DNA from: Utricularia gibba
Taxonomy: Eukaryota > Plantae > Magnoliophyta
Length of the DNA: 64,000 nucleotides
NCBI GenBank assembly: GCA_002189035.1
Contig: NEEC01000002.1
Span: forward strand, 1,240,001 to 1,304,000
Direction of reading: 5' to 3'
The position numbers and the translations under genes are program-made. Positions 35,418 through 47,797 of this stretch are shown piece by piece. Every line of letters begins with the position of its first letter. The stretch's first letter is position 1. Below the pieces are notes generated by a model, which had not been told where the DNA came from, did no database searches, and saw only the letters and a program-made list of their open reading frames with translations.

Positions 35418-36999
35418 TCAGTTCCCAGGCTGATTACCTGCGGCGGCGACAGGAAGGGCGGCGGCCGGAGGAACGCCAGGGCCCTTGGCGGATGCTCCAG
35501 GTGCAACTTCCTTCACACCCTTGGAGGGAGCAGTTGCAGGAGCCGGAGGCGGTGTCAGCATGTGGGGAGGGGGGTTGTGCTTCAGCTTTACCAGGATTCC
35601 GCGCAACCTCGAAAGTTCGGTTGGCTTGCCGGGTTTTGGTCCTTGGATAACAGCTACTGATGGCTTCTTGTCCTGATCTTTCTTCTTGCCCCTTTTCTCT
35701 ATGTTGGGAACCTCATTGGGAATGAGCTCAGCAATGGCCTTCCAGTAGTGCTTATCAGCCTCCTTGTGGAACTTCTCTTCACTTGCTATGTATAACTGGG
35801 AAATATGGCTCAATGTTACTGAAAGAAACGTCGATATGCTGGCAAATAGCACAGTAGCGTGCACTGGATTAAGGAAACCCAACATCAACTCCATTCTATT
35901 ATCCATTATTCCAAGAAACATAGGTCAGACAGACTCTGCCAAGTATCAACATTCCAAATGCAACTTCAAAATGAAACATACAAGATCATGAGCTTAGCTA
36001 ACAGGAAGTCAAGTTGGCACACTAGAAGTATCATGAAAACAAGAAACTGAGCCTAGAATACGTTCACCTAGTTGCTTCACTCATGCCAGTTTAGGCAGGT
36101 ATTCTTACCTTTTCCTTCTCTCTGTTGGTGGCCTTGAAGGTCTCCACATTGAGCTTCCTTTTCTCATAAAAGGCCAGTTTAAACTCTTCCGCTTCTTGGA
36201 TGATCTGGCTTCGGACTTCTTTTTCCCTCTTCTCCTTCTCCTCCAGCCTTATTGCATTCAGCCTGAGATCACAATGCAAACATGCTGTCAGCATATGTAT
36301 TTATGGGGTCCCAATCTGTGACTGATCATGAAGTCGCCAAAAGGTTCAACTAAACTAGCAAGTAATTGACATCAACGAATCAGGGTAGATGTTTTAGTCA
36401 GGCGATTTAAACTTCCGTGGTCAAAGCACGTCAATGTTTATCGAATTCAATATCCATCTCCATCAACACACCCCCTGTAATGGACACCAATTTCGATTTG
36501 AATTGAGTCAAACGTTACCGGATCAGGAGAAGACATCTAAGTTCGTTACGAAGAATTAAGATCAAATCCAGCAAACGCCTCACGACATAATTGGGCAAAC
36601 ATGAACAGAGGAGTTAAAATCTAACCTCCTCCACTCACGAAGAGCAAATCCTTCTTCCACCATGTCACTTGGAGGCGGCAGAATTGGGCCATCGGAGCTG
36701 AAAATGCCTTCCGTTTCCGGTCCATCGTTGAACGGCGAATTTCCATTGCCGTTGGCCAAAGGAACGTCACCGGATGGTCCGAACCCTTCCTGATCCAGAG
36801 CGTAACCAAACGGATCGGAGGCGTTGACATGATCCAGACGAACCTCCTCGGGTTCCGGGTACTCAGCACCATACGCCCCAGCCCCGTGCGGTGGAGTGTC
36901 GGGAGAGAAGGGAGGAAAAGAATTTCCGAAAGCGGCATATCCGCGTTCTTCGAAGGAACGCGCCGCCACCTCGCCGTCGTACTCCTCGAACGATGCCAT
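35418..36999 (-). CDS. CLC: Clathrin light chain
   Basis: [26 protein letters not shown]|, [66 protein letters not shown] and [21 protein letters not shown]. Confidence 0.95.
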
Positions 37000-37309
37000 T
37001 ATCTCTAGATCACCGCCTGATTTTTCTCCCTCGGGATTTCCCTCAGGAGAAGCCTCGAGCCCAGTCCAAAATGAAAAGAAAACAAAGTGACGATCCCGTT
37101 TCTTCTTCTACCGCTAGAAGAGTCGTCAGACCATTAGCTTGTAATTCGTTGAATAATTGGACTCGGATCCAGCCCAAACACAAAATACCTTTATCGGGTC
37201 GGATTTCAGTTAACCCGGATCCAAACCCTACATATCAACTACCTATTTTTAAAATAGGGCCTTTTTTAAAATATCCTATTTTTGGAGCACAAGATTGAAA
37301 TTAGATATG

Positions 37310-37770
37310 ACCACGAGTACAAGTTGACCTAAGTAACTCCAGGGTTTATCCTCACAAAATGAGTATGAGTGACTTATATTCATATTCAACCAGTATAGTA
37401 GAATCAAAATTTTTTTAGTCGAGGTTGACTCAAGTCAACTCGTATTTTAAATATATATATATATCACTCAATGCATACGTGATGATATTCCCATATTTTT
37501 CATTTTACAAGTTATGATAAGTATCAATTAACTTATACGTATTATTTTTATTCTTCTCAATTTATAATAAATATCTCTTTAGTACATATGATAGTGTATA
37601 TTACTATTAACTTATAAAATTATTACTAAAATTAGATATCATACACATGATGCTTGTATTTTAGATATACAACTCGAATCAACTCGTAATACGAGTCAAG
37701 TTCAAATGCTCAACTTGTTGATTTGTGACTCAATGAATTTTATCTTTTAATCTAACTGGTCCAACTCGTG
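37310..37770. mobile_element. Possible degenerate non-autonomous DNA transposon (MITE-like) remnant
   Basis: AT-rich core flanked by recurring CAACTC/GAGTCAAG/GTTGAC motifs and hairpins GTTGACT-CA-AGTCAAC (37424-37439) and ACTCGTA-A-TACGAGT (37682-37696). No clear TIR or TSD. Confidence 0.35.
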
Positions 37771-38227
37771 CCTTTATATGATTCTGTATGATTCCGGTTC
37801 CAAAAATCTCATAACACTCTTGATCTCCCATCATCTTGCGACTCTTGAAACTGTTTTTCTAATTCTCAATGGCGAAGGAGAAAAAGCCCATTTCTGAGTT
37901 TCCACTACATTCCAAGGGCCATACTCGAAAATCACAGAGAAAACGAAGCAGGTTTGCAGCGAGAGCATGCCACTTCAGTGGTGGAATAAGCAGATCAGAG
38001 TGTTTGAGAATACAAAGCATTATGCAGCAGATCATGGGGTGAACACTGATATTTGATACAGAACTTCTTTAGGAGTAGTTACTGAGAAAATGGGATATGA
38101 AAGTTGCTGAGTTCACACCCAAGTGAGTTAGCATCATTATGAATCAAGATGAGCAGAAGCCCACAATGGAAACATCTCAGATCCTTGTCAAACGAGGAAT
38201 TTGAATTAGTAAGCCAAATTACCTCTG

Positions 38228-39585
38228 CTATATCTGTCCCATTCGGATACCTGCATCTTGGCTTGGAGGAGGATAGGCTTCGTCGGCATTCGAGTAGTTG
38301 ATGTAGAAGAGGCTGGACAGGATTCCGGTGAAGACTATGAAGGCTGCTCCGGCAGCAAAGATTCCCCTCCTCAGTGTCGCACAACTAGGAGCAGGATCGG
38401 TTACCAGAGGTGTCACATGAGTGTGGCGGGCATTTTTCGCTGAACCAGCAAGCAAGCACACCGCAGCAATGAAAAAAGTGAACCTGAGAGATTGAGTTCA
38501 TCACTTCCCAAAAGTCTAACCAGAGGCAAGGAAGCTACTGCCAAACACATAAGCATCAAAGGATCCAGAAACAAGTAAAATGGGGCACATAATGAGGAGA
38601 TCCGTTTGTGAGATCATCCTACTAACGGATGAAATGGAACTAAGTCATGTGGGAAGAATAATTGGTGAGCTTCAAGGGATATTGAAACACTAAAATGGCA
38701 AGTAGCATGAGGGGCATGCCAGTTTCAGCTTGAAAGGAATGAGGTTCTGATATCACAAGGCTGGTAATAGCTTATAAGCCAAGGATGCTGCTGAGTTGAT
38801 ATGGTACAATGCAATATGCAAATGGCTCAGAAGAAATAAAAAAAAAAAAAAGGAACATGATTTACCAGCAAAAAATGAACATCACGATAGCCCAGACACG
38901 GCGTCGACCAGGTTGCAGAGCTTTCCCGCAGCACAAGCACTTAGCTACTGCCATTATCAGCACCTGAGCAGCAAGAAGAAACAAGAGGGAAACCACTCCC
39001 AAGGCTGTAGCAACATTTGAAGAGTAAGAACAGTACTGAAAGGTACTATCATTGGTTATTCTTACCTGCAAAATGGAGAACAACACAAGTTAATCTGATC
39101 CAGAGAGCCCAATCACCATAAACTCAAAATAACTAATCTGAGTTACGAATCCTTTTTTTTTTCAGCTTTTGACGCATATGAATTGAACGGTGAACCAACA
39201 AAAGAAACAAAGAACGTAACTGGAAATCCTGGAGGCCAAATTTGTGAAGGTAGGTAAAGAACAACTGATAATTACTGTACAAAAGGTAAAGAAGAACTGA
39301 TAATTACTGTAACAAAGAAAGTCAGAACGTAAGCCGGTCAAGGAAAACACGAAGAAGGGAATCTATGTCCAAATTTCTTCGTTTCTTAAGATGGTGCATA
39401 AGTTTCGGGAAAAAAATTCGCCGAAAATCCAGGGGCAAGGGAAGCCTAAGTGCAAGATGAAGTATACAGGCTGCAAGTCAAAAAACGGTAACTCACAGTA
39501 GATCTTCGATGCTCAGCTGCGACAGCAAGTGCAAAGGCGATCAAATCCAACACAAAAACACCCCCAACAAGAAATTCGATGCCAT
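38228..39585 (-). CDS. DUF1218 family tetraspan membrane protein; frameshift at 39561-39565
   Basis: The repaired exon 1 reads MASNFLLGGVFVLDLIAFALAVAAEHRRST|. Then FQYCSYSSNVATALG..LIMAVAKCLCCGKALQPG and CLLAGSAKNARHT...CATLRRGIFAAGAAF. Confidence 0.88.
39252..39315. repeat. 32-bp tandem duplication (2 copies) in DUF1218 intron 1
   Basis: aggtaaagaacaactgataattactgta at 39252 and aggtaaagaagaactgataattactgta at 39284 (one mismatch in 28 nt). Confidence 0.9.
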
Positions 39586-40059
39586 TCTAGAGAAGAGGAG
39601 AAACCCAAGAAGCCCAGTTTAGAAATAAGCGTGGCTTTTATATCAGCTAAAGCCCCGAGTACCCAAAATATGTAAATTTGTAGGTGAATTTTCGGAGTGG
39701 TTCTGCTGAAACAGGATTCTTCTTTACAAGGCGAAGTAAAGAAGAGGATGAGGGAGGGACCTGTCAAAAAGTGTTGAACAAAACCACGGAAAAGGATTCT
39801 TCTCCGGATTTCTTCTGGATTGCAAAATTACACCTGGAAGACACTGAAAAAGGCCGCAACTTTCGAAAATTCACACTATTTTTTAATGTATAATTTTGAA
39901 GAGAAAAACTAGGTAATTCAAAGCAGGCTGTGCCGGCGGTGTCGAGATCCGACGAATTTCGCTTCAAATGGCGCACTCACCAAATGTTCATTCACCGGAA
40001 TCTAGTTTCAATTCTATCTCAGTTGTGTTGGTTGCAGAGAATGAGGGTTGCGTGGTCTG

Positions 40060-41985
40060 ATGAACGCCTCCTGGTCCTCTATTCTGAACAGATGCAAAAC
40101 TTTGAAATGTCTCCAGCAATTCCACGCCCACGTTACCAAACTTGGTCTGGATTCCGACGCCTTTGTCGTCGGGCAGCTGTTGCTCAACTGCGGCGCCCAT
40201 GTCTCCGGTTCTCTCGAGTATGCGGGTCTCATCTTCAAGCGTTTCCAGAGGCCAGACACTTTCATGTATAACACGATGATACGGAGTTTGTCTGAGTCGG
40301 GGTCTCCTGAAAAAGCCATCTCCTTGTTCGCTCTTATGCTCGGAAATATGTGCAGCAGTGCCGTTGACAGTTTCTCATTAGCATTTTCGCTCAAGGCTGC
40401 GGCGGACATGAGGTGTTGGAGAACAGGTGCGGAGCTTCATTGTCAATCGGTAGTGCGTGGGATGGTGTCCCATCTTTTCGTAGGAACTACGTTGATCAGT
40501 ATGTATGGCGAATGTGGCTGCGCTACCTTTGCTGAAAAGGTGTTCGATGAAATTCCTGATCCAAACGTGGTGACGTGGAACGCTATGATCACTGCTTTTT
40601 TGAGGTCGTACGATGTCAATAGTGCAGAAAAAATGTTTAACTTGATCCCTGATAGGAATTTGACCTCTTACAATCTAATGCTTTCTGGTTATACGAAAAT
40701 GGGTAAGCTTGATTTGGGGAGGAACCTATTCCAAGTGATGCCGAACAGGGATGATGTCTCATGGAGCACAATGATTGCTGGTTTTCTTCATAATGGCTGC
40801 TATGATGAAGCTCTAGGACACTTCAAGGAGCTTCTAAAATCAGGCATGAGACCAAATGAGGTGAGCCTTACAGCAGTTCTTTGTGCTTGTGCTCAGACTG
40901 GAGCGCTTGAGTTTTCAAAGATATTACATGCTTTCACAGAAAAAGTTGGGCTGCTTTGTATTACTCCAGTCTGCAATGCAATAATAGATGCCTATTCCAG
41001 ATGTGGGAGAGTGGATATGGCAGGTGCAGTATTCGATCAGATGCTAGGAAAGAAAAATATCATTTCTTGGACATCCATGATTGTGGGTTTAGCCATTCAA
41101 GGACATGGTGTTGAGGCTTTGAATCTCTTCCACCAAATGGAGAAATCTGGGATCAAACCTGATGCAGTTGCCTTCATTGCAGTCCTTTGCGGATGCAGTC
41201 ATGCTGGATTACTAGAACAGGGGCTCCAGGTATTCAACAGAATGACCGAAGTTTACAATATTACACCTGATGTTGAACACTATGGATGCATAGTTGATCT
41301 CTATGGCAGAACAGGGCAACTCCTAAAGGCCTACGAGTTTGCCATCCAGATGCCAATTCCACCCACTCCCGTGATCTGGAGAACCCTTCTCGGTGCTTGC
41401 AGTTTTCATGGCAATGTGAATCTGGCCGAAAAGGTCAAGAAAAGGCTTTCAGAGATTGATCCATACGACTCCGGTGATCATGTTCTGATGTCAAATATCT
41501 ATGCCATTGCAAGGAAATGGGAAGACGCAGCTGCAGTGAGAAAATCCATGGCTGATCTTAGCATATCCAAAACTCCAGGATGGAGCATGATCGAAGTAAA
41601 CAAGATCCTGTACACCTTGGTGGCCAATGCGAAGCGAGACGACCAAACTGAGGAAGCCTATGAGAAGCTTGATGAGATCATGCAGAAGCTCAAAACCCAA
41701 TTCGGATACACACCAGAAACTTCAAACATTTTGCATGACATCGAAGACGAAGAAAAGGAGGAGGCTGTGACTGTGCACAGCGAGAAGCTAGCTCTTGCTT
41801 TCGGAATGTCGAGAATCCCAGAGGGCGGTGCCATTAGAATTGTGAAGAACTTGAGGGTTTGCAGAGATTGCCATAGTGTGATGATGATGGTTTCCCAAGC
41901 TTACAAACTGGAGATCCTGCTGAGGGATAGAACCAGGTTTCACACCTTCAAGAACGGGAGCTGCTCCTGCGGTGGGTATTGGTGA
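40060..41985 (+). CDS. PLS-E-DYW pentatricopeptide repeat protein (At1g74630-like), organellar RNA-editing class, intronless
   Basis: PLS repeats (DVSWSTMI, IISWTSMI, HYGCIVDLYGRTG, WRTLLGAC), E domain/PG box KTPGWSMIE, HSEKLALAFG, KNLRVCRDCH and RFHTFKNGSCSCGGYW*. First ATG is 40060. Confidence 0.96.
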   Translation: MNASWSSILNRCKTLKCLQQFHAHVTKLGLDSDAFVVGQLLLNCGAHVSGSLEYAGLIFKRFQRPDTFMYNTMIRSLSESGSPEKAISLFALMLGNMCSSAVDSFSLAFSLKAAADMRCWRTGAELHCQSVVRGMVSHLFVGTTLISMYGECGCATFAEKVFDEIPDPNVVTWNAMITAFLRSYDVNSAEKMFNLIPDRNLTSYNLMLSGYTKMGKLDLGRNLFQVMPNRDDVSWSTMIAGFLHNGCYDEALGHFKELLKSGMRPNEVSLTAVLCACAQTGALEFSKILHAFTEKVGLLCITPVCNAIIDAYSRCGRVDMAGAVFDQMLGKKNIISWTSMIVGLAIQGHGVEALNLFHQMEKSGIKPDAVAFIAVLCGCSHAGLLEQGLQVFNRMTEVYNITPDVEHYGCIVDLYGRTGQLLKAYEFAIQMPIPPTPVIWRTLLGACSFHGNVNLAEKVKKRLSEIDPYDSGDHVLMSNIYAIARKWEDAAAVRKSMADLSISKTPGWSMIEVNKILYTLVANAKRDDQTEEAYEKLDEIMQKLKTQFGYTPETSNILHDIEDEEKEEAVTVHSEKLALAFGMSRIPEGGAIRIVKNLRVCRDCHSVMMMVSQAYKLEILLRDRTRFHTFKNGSCSCGGYW

Positions 41986-42304
41986 ATGAGGAAGAGCTGT
42001 TGATGTAATCAGATCCAATATAAATAATATATTTTTTAAAAAACTAATTTAAATAATAAAATGTAATAAAAAAACAGATTGCCAGGTCGGATTACTACCC
42101 AGTAAATTTTGTAACGGTTTTTGGTTTACTCAAGAGCGGAATTTACGCCTGGTAGTTTAATTTGGCAGGAGAGTGAAATCCGAGGTGAAAAAATGGAGCC
42201 CCGGCTGCGGAGATAAAGTATCGGTGTTTCATCACCGACGGAAACCGCCTTGGGCGCGCGGAGGCTTCTGAGCAGTTGTTCGCCGGCTTGCGGAAAGGAA
42301 CGAT

Positions 42305-43920
42305 ATGGTACGTGAGTCCTTAAAATCAAATCGCTCATTTTAAACAAGTCATTTTTCACCGGGATCCAATCTAGGGTTCCTCTGCTATTCAGTTGTAATG
42401 GAAATTTCATTTGTTAGCAATGTCTGATACGAACCTTTCTTTCCGTTGACCCAGATTTTGTTGTAAGTAAAATTACAACATTGGGTTTGGTTACTTTGTG
42501 CGGGTTACCATTTAGAATTATATGTAGAGTTGATTTTTTTTTTCGCGTGGATTGGGTTTCGTTTTAGTAGAATATATGGAGTATTTGGTTGCTTGATTTC
42601 TTCTGGTTTCTTGGTCGCTGTCATCTGATTAGATACTGTATGGATTGGACTTCGGAGGTTTGGTTGGAGGGCTTGTTGGTTCTGGTTCCTGGGATGGGGC
42701 AAATTTACTTGGATGTTGCAGAATGGTTGGCATACATTTAGCTCTAATACAAATTTATTTGGATGGGGCAAACTCATGGTGTTCCATTTGGCTTTAACAA
42801 AGGTTATGGATTTTTTCAAGGGGGATTGTCTACTTACTTTTCCGTTGCTGTTCTCTTTTTGTTTCATATTTATAGGCGGCAAAGAAACTTATAACCAGGG
42901 CGGAGTGGGAGAAAAAGCTTAATAATGTCAAAGTTAGAAAGGAGGACATAAATAAGCTGGTAATGAACTTTCTAGTCACTGAGGGTTATGTGGAGGCTGC
43001 TGAAAGATTTCGAATCGAGTCAGGGACAGAACGTATCCTTGTTTATATCTCGTGTTGCTGAATTTTATTTTCAGGAGAATTATGTTTCTTTAGTTTTACA
43101 AAAGAAATCCTTAAAATCGATACCAGCTGATATTGATCTTGCAACCATAACCGATCGTATGATGGTTAAGAAGGCAGTACAAGATGGAAACGTGGAAGAT
43201 GCTATAGAGAAAGTGAATGATTTGAACCCTGAGGTATGATTTATCCTCTATAAATAGATAGATTCTCTGTTGCGAGTACACTCATGTTCTTATATTGTTG
43301 TATCCCACAAATCTTGTAACCATACTTCTTATGTTTCTGTATGTAGATACTGGACACAAATCCCCAACTGTTTTTCCACCTCCAGCAGCAAAGATTAATA
43401 GAAATGATTCGGAATGGGAAGGTCGAGGAAGCCTTAGAGTTTGCTCAGGAAGAACTCGCCCCAAGGGGGGAAGAAAACGTGAGTTTTCATATTTATTTTT
43501 TTATTTCAACCTCCTTTTGATTCTCATGACACATGTGATGCTGTGCTTAATTTTCAGCAAAGCTTTCTTGAGGAATTAGAGAGGACTGTTGCACTTCTCG
43601 CTTTTGAAGACGTTGCCAACTCTCCCGTGGCCGATTTGCTAGACATGTCCCAGCGCTTCAAGACAGCCAGCGAGGTTAATGCAGCAATCTTGACCAGCCA
43701 GAGCCATGAAAAAGGTACCCCTCCACACGAATTATCTACACTGTGTGCCTATAGATCCTCTCCACTCAGGCTTTGCATTTGTTTATCCGATTATACAGAT
43801 CCTAAGCTTCCAAGCTTGCTGAAAATTCTGGTGCTGGTGCAAAACCAGCTTGATGAGAAGGCCATTTATCCCCGGATCAATGATTTTTCAACCGCGGCCC
43901 TTGAAGAGCGCAGTCTGTAG
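42305..43920 (+). CDS. GID8: GID8 / TWA1 homologue (LisH-CTLH-CRA; CTLH E3 ligase complex)
   Basis: M|[33 protein letters not shown] (LisH), [11 protein letters not shown]|[19 protein letters not shown] (CTLH), [24 protein letters not shown] and DPKLPSLLK. Confidence 0.93.
43033..43126 (+). other. U12-type (minor spliceosome) GT-AG intron in GID8
   Basis: 5' site GTATCCTT, branch-point-like TCCTTAA at 43108-43114 a short distance from the 3' AG, and no long pyrimidine tract. Splicing gives ESGTEP-DIDLATI in frame. Confidence 0.85.
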
Positions 43921-44375
43921 CCCTTCCTATTCCAACTAGATGGCCGCCCAGGTGACTCCTCTTAGCCTCGTACGATGTGCTTGTTGTCACTGTAAAAAAT
44001 ATCTTCCATGATTTCTTGAAAACCTTCTCCAGTATTATTCACGGTTCAGTATTACAAGGGAATCTTCTCATCTGATAATATAATCTAGTTGAATATTAGA
44101 ATATTGTTTTAAATGACTTTTGAGAGTATATAATAATAATAATAAGCGAATCGGGTTATTACCGAAATCAGTTCAAAATAGTTGGGCCGGGCCCATTTTT
44201 CACAGATTCTGGTGTATTTAATATTAGTAATAAGAAATGAACAATTAATTTTTTTAAAAATTATAATTAATAATATAAAAATAGTGAAAAATTAAGAAAA
44301 TTCTGATGATAAAACTGATCTAGATGGATATTTGATGTTTCCATCCTTGCCCATTGGGCAGATGAGAACGGAGCT

Positions 44376-44410
44376 GGACCGGAATGGACCGGGCCGGACC
44401 GGACCGGACT
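44376..44410. repeat. Degenerate (GGACC)n pentamer array upstream of RING1
   Basis: ggacc ggaat ggacc gggcc ggacc ggacc ggact. Confidence 0.8.
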
Positions 44411-44562
44411 GGGTGTGCGAAGAAGAAGAGCGTGTCCTCGGTCCCCTGCGGCTGTGTTTTGTTCTGCAGACTTGAGGAAAACCAAGGAGAATCTGCACAC
44501 TCGATCGCCTCCTTGCTTCTTCTCATTTGACTCCTCTCTTCCTCGTCGCCGCAGTCAACGGA

Positions 44563-47500
44563 ATGCCCGCTCAGAAGCGCCCTCGCGATTCATCTGCTTC
44601 GCCTCCTTCACCTTACCCCCCGCTCGAGGAGGAGAAACCCGATGATTTGCTCCCAGGCTGCGAGAATCACGTCCCGGAGAAACTGGACGACTTGAGCGGT
44701 GCGTGCTTGCGTATGCACACGTGTTCATGTCTGCAACTCATGCACTATCTCGTCGACACGAATCGAGCCTTGGCTATGTTCCATCTTGTGGAAGAGTTGG
44801 GTCTTGTAATGATGTGGTGCTGTTTTTTGTCTTTGATTTTCAGATTCTGAGGGGAGTTCCGTCTCTGGGAATGGAGAAAACGAAGAGTAATGTTTCTTTA
44901 TCCCTCTTTTCGTGTGCTTGTACACGAGCACTCACATTCACGTACTAGTTTGCCCATAGCATAGGTTTCGTCTGTAAACGAAAAAATGGACCTTGGGATC
45001 TGCCTGATCTTCTTGTCTTCCCCGCAAACTCTTTAACTTTCTCCAAGGAGATTCATTCTACCACTTCGTTGAGGTTCTTCGGGAGTTGAATCCTTTCTGT
45101 TCTTTCGACTTCTGCAGCTATGCGAAGCATGATTTTGGGGTTTTCTGCTGATTACTTGATCACCATCTTTTTGAATATGCTATAACTGTAAAATGACGCT
45201 CCGGGGTTCTTTCCATTTTCGTGTTTTTTTTTCCGTAAAATTCAAATATGGATTATGGAATCTTTAAAGAGGCATAAAGACTCCATTTTTCTAAACACTA
45301 CTCCTACTTATGAAGCTGCTTGCGGTTCCAGCATTCTGGTGTATCATTTTCAACTGATTGAAGTCATGTACTAAGAGAATTGTTTCCCTGAGATTGTTAC
45401 GTTTGAAGGAAGATGCCATGAAACTTAGAAAGGGATAGTGTGCAGGAGTTATCTTTTGTTCATAATAGTGTCTGCAATGACAATGCCTATTAAATGAGGA
45501 GAAAAGAGGTTATGTTGCCTGAAGCAGCTGAAGCAACTGAATCACCTAACGGGGCAAGCGTTAAGGCTTAGATGTCATGCACCATGGGCTTCATGCTGCT
45601 TTTTGTTAATAGTTATACACTTTCCAAGGGTAACCTGAAATTTATGAGTCAGTTTTCTATATTCTTGGATCATGTTAGCCTTTATCTGTTTCAAATTCTA
45701 CTGGTATGCGCACCTAGAGCCATTTTATGTCAAACTAGATACTTGCTAACTTGTGTTTTATTATATGGAGTTAGATTTATTGTAGTGAAGCTGGCTGAAG
45801 TGCGCAAGGAAGTTCAGTGTCCAATATGTTTGGGTATGTCCTTTGATGTTTGTGCTCTGCTTTTCTATTCATTCTTGACTGGGATTTTCTAGAAAGGGAG
45901 TTAGTTTTATCTGCTGCATTCTGGTAGTTTGGGATGAATGTACAGTTTCTCTTTCTCAGGCATTATTAGGAAAACAAGAACTGTCATGGAATGCTTGCAT
46001 CGCTTCTGCAGAGAGTGTATTGACAAATCCATGCGTCTTGGGTATGTTCCCATGTTACATGCTCTTGTAACCAGCTGCTCTTCATCCCCTTATCCTAACT
46101 TTTCTTTGTGCATAGGAACAACGAATGTCCGGCTTGCCGAACGCATTGTGCTAGTCGCCGTTCGTTAAGGGATGATCCAAATTATGATGCTCTGATCTCT
46201 GCATTTTACCCTGATATTGAAAAATATGAGGAAGAAGTAAGAGCATAACTGCTGTTTCAATGTTCAGTGTTATTTCAGTTGGAGTTTGTAGCAACATTTG
46301 CTACATTTGCAGGAATCAGTTTTCCATGACGAGGAGAAAGCTCGCAATGAGAAGGTACCATGTCTGAAACATTTGGGATTTGAAGTTCCCATTACCTTCT
46401 TGTACTCAACATTGCTGTTTTATAGCCATGTGCATTTCTAGCTAAGCAGCTTTGTTTACATTTCTTGTTTGTGACAGATACAAGCTCTGATTGCACAAAC
46501 TTTTCGTCGTCAAGCTGAGGCCCTGGGAAAGAAAAAAACTCCAGTCAGAAGTACAGCAGCTGCTAGTTCAAGGAGACAGAGCAGTTCCCGTGCCTCACGA
46601 GGTCGCAGGAACCACCGGTCAGCTGGACATAATGAATCAGATGAAGAAGAAGTTGCTGTGGGGAATGACAGAAGCAAAGATTCTTCATCAACTGATGAAC
46701 ATTCTGCTGAAGCCCGATCAGAACGCCCCAAAAGATGGAGTAGCTCTCGGACTTCGAAGCCGTCATCAGGTGTCATTGCAGATGGTGGCTCTGACGAGAA
46801 TGCATTGGAGATAAATACAGAAGCATCTGGGGCATCCGCTGCGGGTGCTGGCAGGTTAAAAAAGGTTCTGGAATGGGGAAGAAGTGGTGTGCGCAGCAAC
46901 ACTCGGCGTGGTGGTGATAGTTGGACTAATGGCAGAATTTCCAGGCAGAATCGGCTGTCAAAGCTAATGAACCGTCTTCAGAGTTCACATGAACATGATG
47001 ATGCGGTAATGCCACATATTTTGCTGCAGATCAGCAGTTCTGCCATGTATCGCCCTCTTGAGTTTCATTTTCCCTATGTTTCTTCAGCCCAAGATCACTC
47101 TGAAGCTTATTTCCTTGTACGAGGAGGAGATTGCGAGCTTGAAGCGGCCTTACCTTTTCTGCAGCACTACATCATCAGTCAGCCACGTAACTCAGGTCCC
47201 ACATCTGCAATCTTTTTTTATAGCTCCTATAGCACAGAGGATCAGGCGTCACCGATATCCCTAAAACGTTGTTCATTGCAGTATGTTGCCAAGCAGACAT
47301 CAATTAAAGCCAGCCAACTTCAGATGCGCATAGTAAACGGTACCCATTCAGACTTCCAATCCAAGCTTTTTAGAGAGAACTTGCCTGTTATGTTTATCAA
47401 CACACCTACGTTGCCGTTGCTGAACGAGCAAGAAACTCTCGATGGGATCCTAGCAAAATTCCCTGCGAGAAGTCTGGTAAGTTTCTTTGAATTACAAGCT

Positions 47501-47797
47501 GCTATCTTTCACATAACCTTCCCCAGACTTGAACACTGTTGTAATGATCCAATCCTAGCGCCCATCCATCCGTCCTTTTCGATTATTGCACCCCGGCTGA
47601 CTCCTATATCCATTAAAACAACCCCCCCTGAGATATACAGAAGAGCTTTAGCGTGTTGCATCTTCTGCAGAGATCTTTGTTAGACATTTACCTCCCAGAA
47701 TTGTTATGAAGGTGCTTGTTAAACTGTTTCCTTGCAGGTTCTGGGTTACGAGAGGAAGCCCCTGATAATTACAGAGTATGAAGCTGCAAGCAGTTGA
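44563..47797 (+). CDS. RING1: PRC1 E3 ubiquitin ligase RING1 (RING finger plus C-terminal RAWUL domain)
   Basis: [24 protein letters not shown]|[27 protein letters not shown]|[42 protein letters not shown] and [16 protein letters not shown]..|YVAKQT (RAWUL). Confidence 0.95.

Noticed and set aside
7016-36999. Apparent cluster of trafficking genes (p24, YIF1, auxilin, TRAPPC13, CLC) and of chromatin regulators (SWI3C, RING1, HOS15)
   Set aside because: They are interspersed with unrelated genes on both strands. These categories are large, so chance or ancestral synteny is sufficient and there is no evidence of co-regulation.
47194-47206. Second USE-like GTCCCACATCTG
   Set aside because: It is the 5' splice site of a RING1 intron, and no small-RNA body follows.
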